A stretch of DNA of 62,447 nt, the filler included, from Globobulimina sp. (Eukaryota): NCBI GenBank assembly GCA_003354225.1. It is 15 parts of 15 records of this genome, joined end to end, with 100 filler letters (N's around TTAATTAATTAA, not from the genome) between each part and the next. Parts side by side here need not be neighbours in the genome. Positions count along the whole stretch, not along the records: positions 58,384 to 62,447 come from PIVH01001661.1; 14 more parts are not named here. One strand, given 5' to 3'. Position numbers and translations under genes: made by a program. Numbering within the stretch: position 1 is the stretch's first letter; the number at the start of each line of letters is the position of its first letter. Under the pieces are notes generated by a model that ran no database searches, was not told the origin of the DNA, and worked only from the letters and a program-made list of their open reading frames with translations. Below, in pieces: positions 62,333 to 62,447 of the stretch.

Positions 62333-62447
62333 TCAAGATTAAATGTAACTCAAGTTAAAATGTCCAACTAAGTGATTTTCGAGACCGTTACATTTCATGT
62401 CTCCAATGTCTCCACTTGTCTTTTAGATTGGCGATCCTAAATATGAT

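Overview
This window is not one locus. It is 15 unrelated contigs of about 4.06-4.08 kb, sorted by decreasing length and joined by 14 identical 100-nt artificial linkers (44 N + TTAATTAATTAA + 44 N). Gene adjacency is meaningful only within a contig. Almost all the DNA is from an AT-rich, gene-dense eukaryote using the standard code with short (about 50-80 nt) GT-AG introns. The expanded families (SPRY-like 'VFGYIR', F-box-like, degenerate caspase-like, Cys-rich surface proteins) suggest a foraminiferan or other rhizarian, but that is inference. Recognisable genes: paraoxonase-like, FN3 membrane protein, OTU1/YOD1, a USP, 2OG-Fe(II) oxygenase, sulfotransferase-like, CFAP58 (3' half), TENT5/FAM46-like nucleotidyltransferase, two cathepsin-L-like proteases, SRPBCC, MRH-EGF receptor, Mutator-like transposase, UBC4/5, SAM-GTPase, GT4, BAR-like/GSK3-like kinase, methyltransferase, LanC-like, a Sec7-HDS1/FYVE fragment and an ATP-grasp protein. 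One contig is a bacterial/eukaryotic chimera. Main observations: (1) the motif (T)ATCCTTGCAC occurs 7 times exactly in 5 unrelated contigs, always non-coding and mostly sense-oriented in introns or after stop codons; (2) a LanC-like protein has a signal peptide and intact Zn ligands but lacks the catalytic His; (3) two introns are each shifted by 1 nt between the cathepsin paralogues; (4) there is a TENT5/FAM46-like enzyme in a protist.
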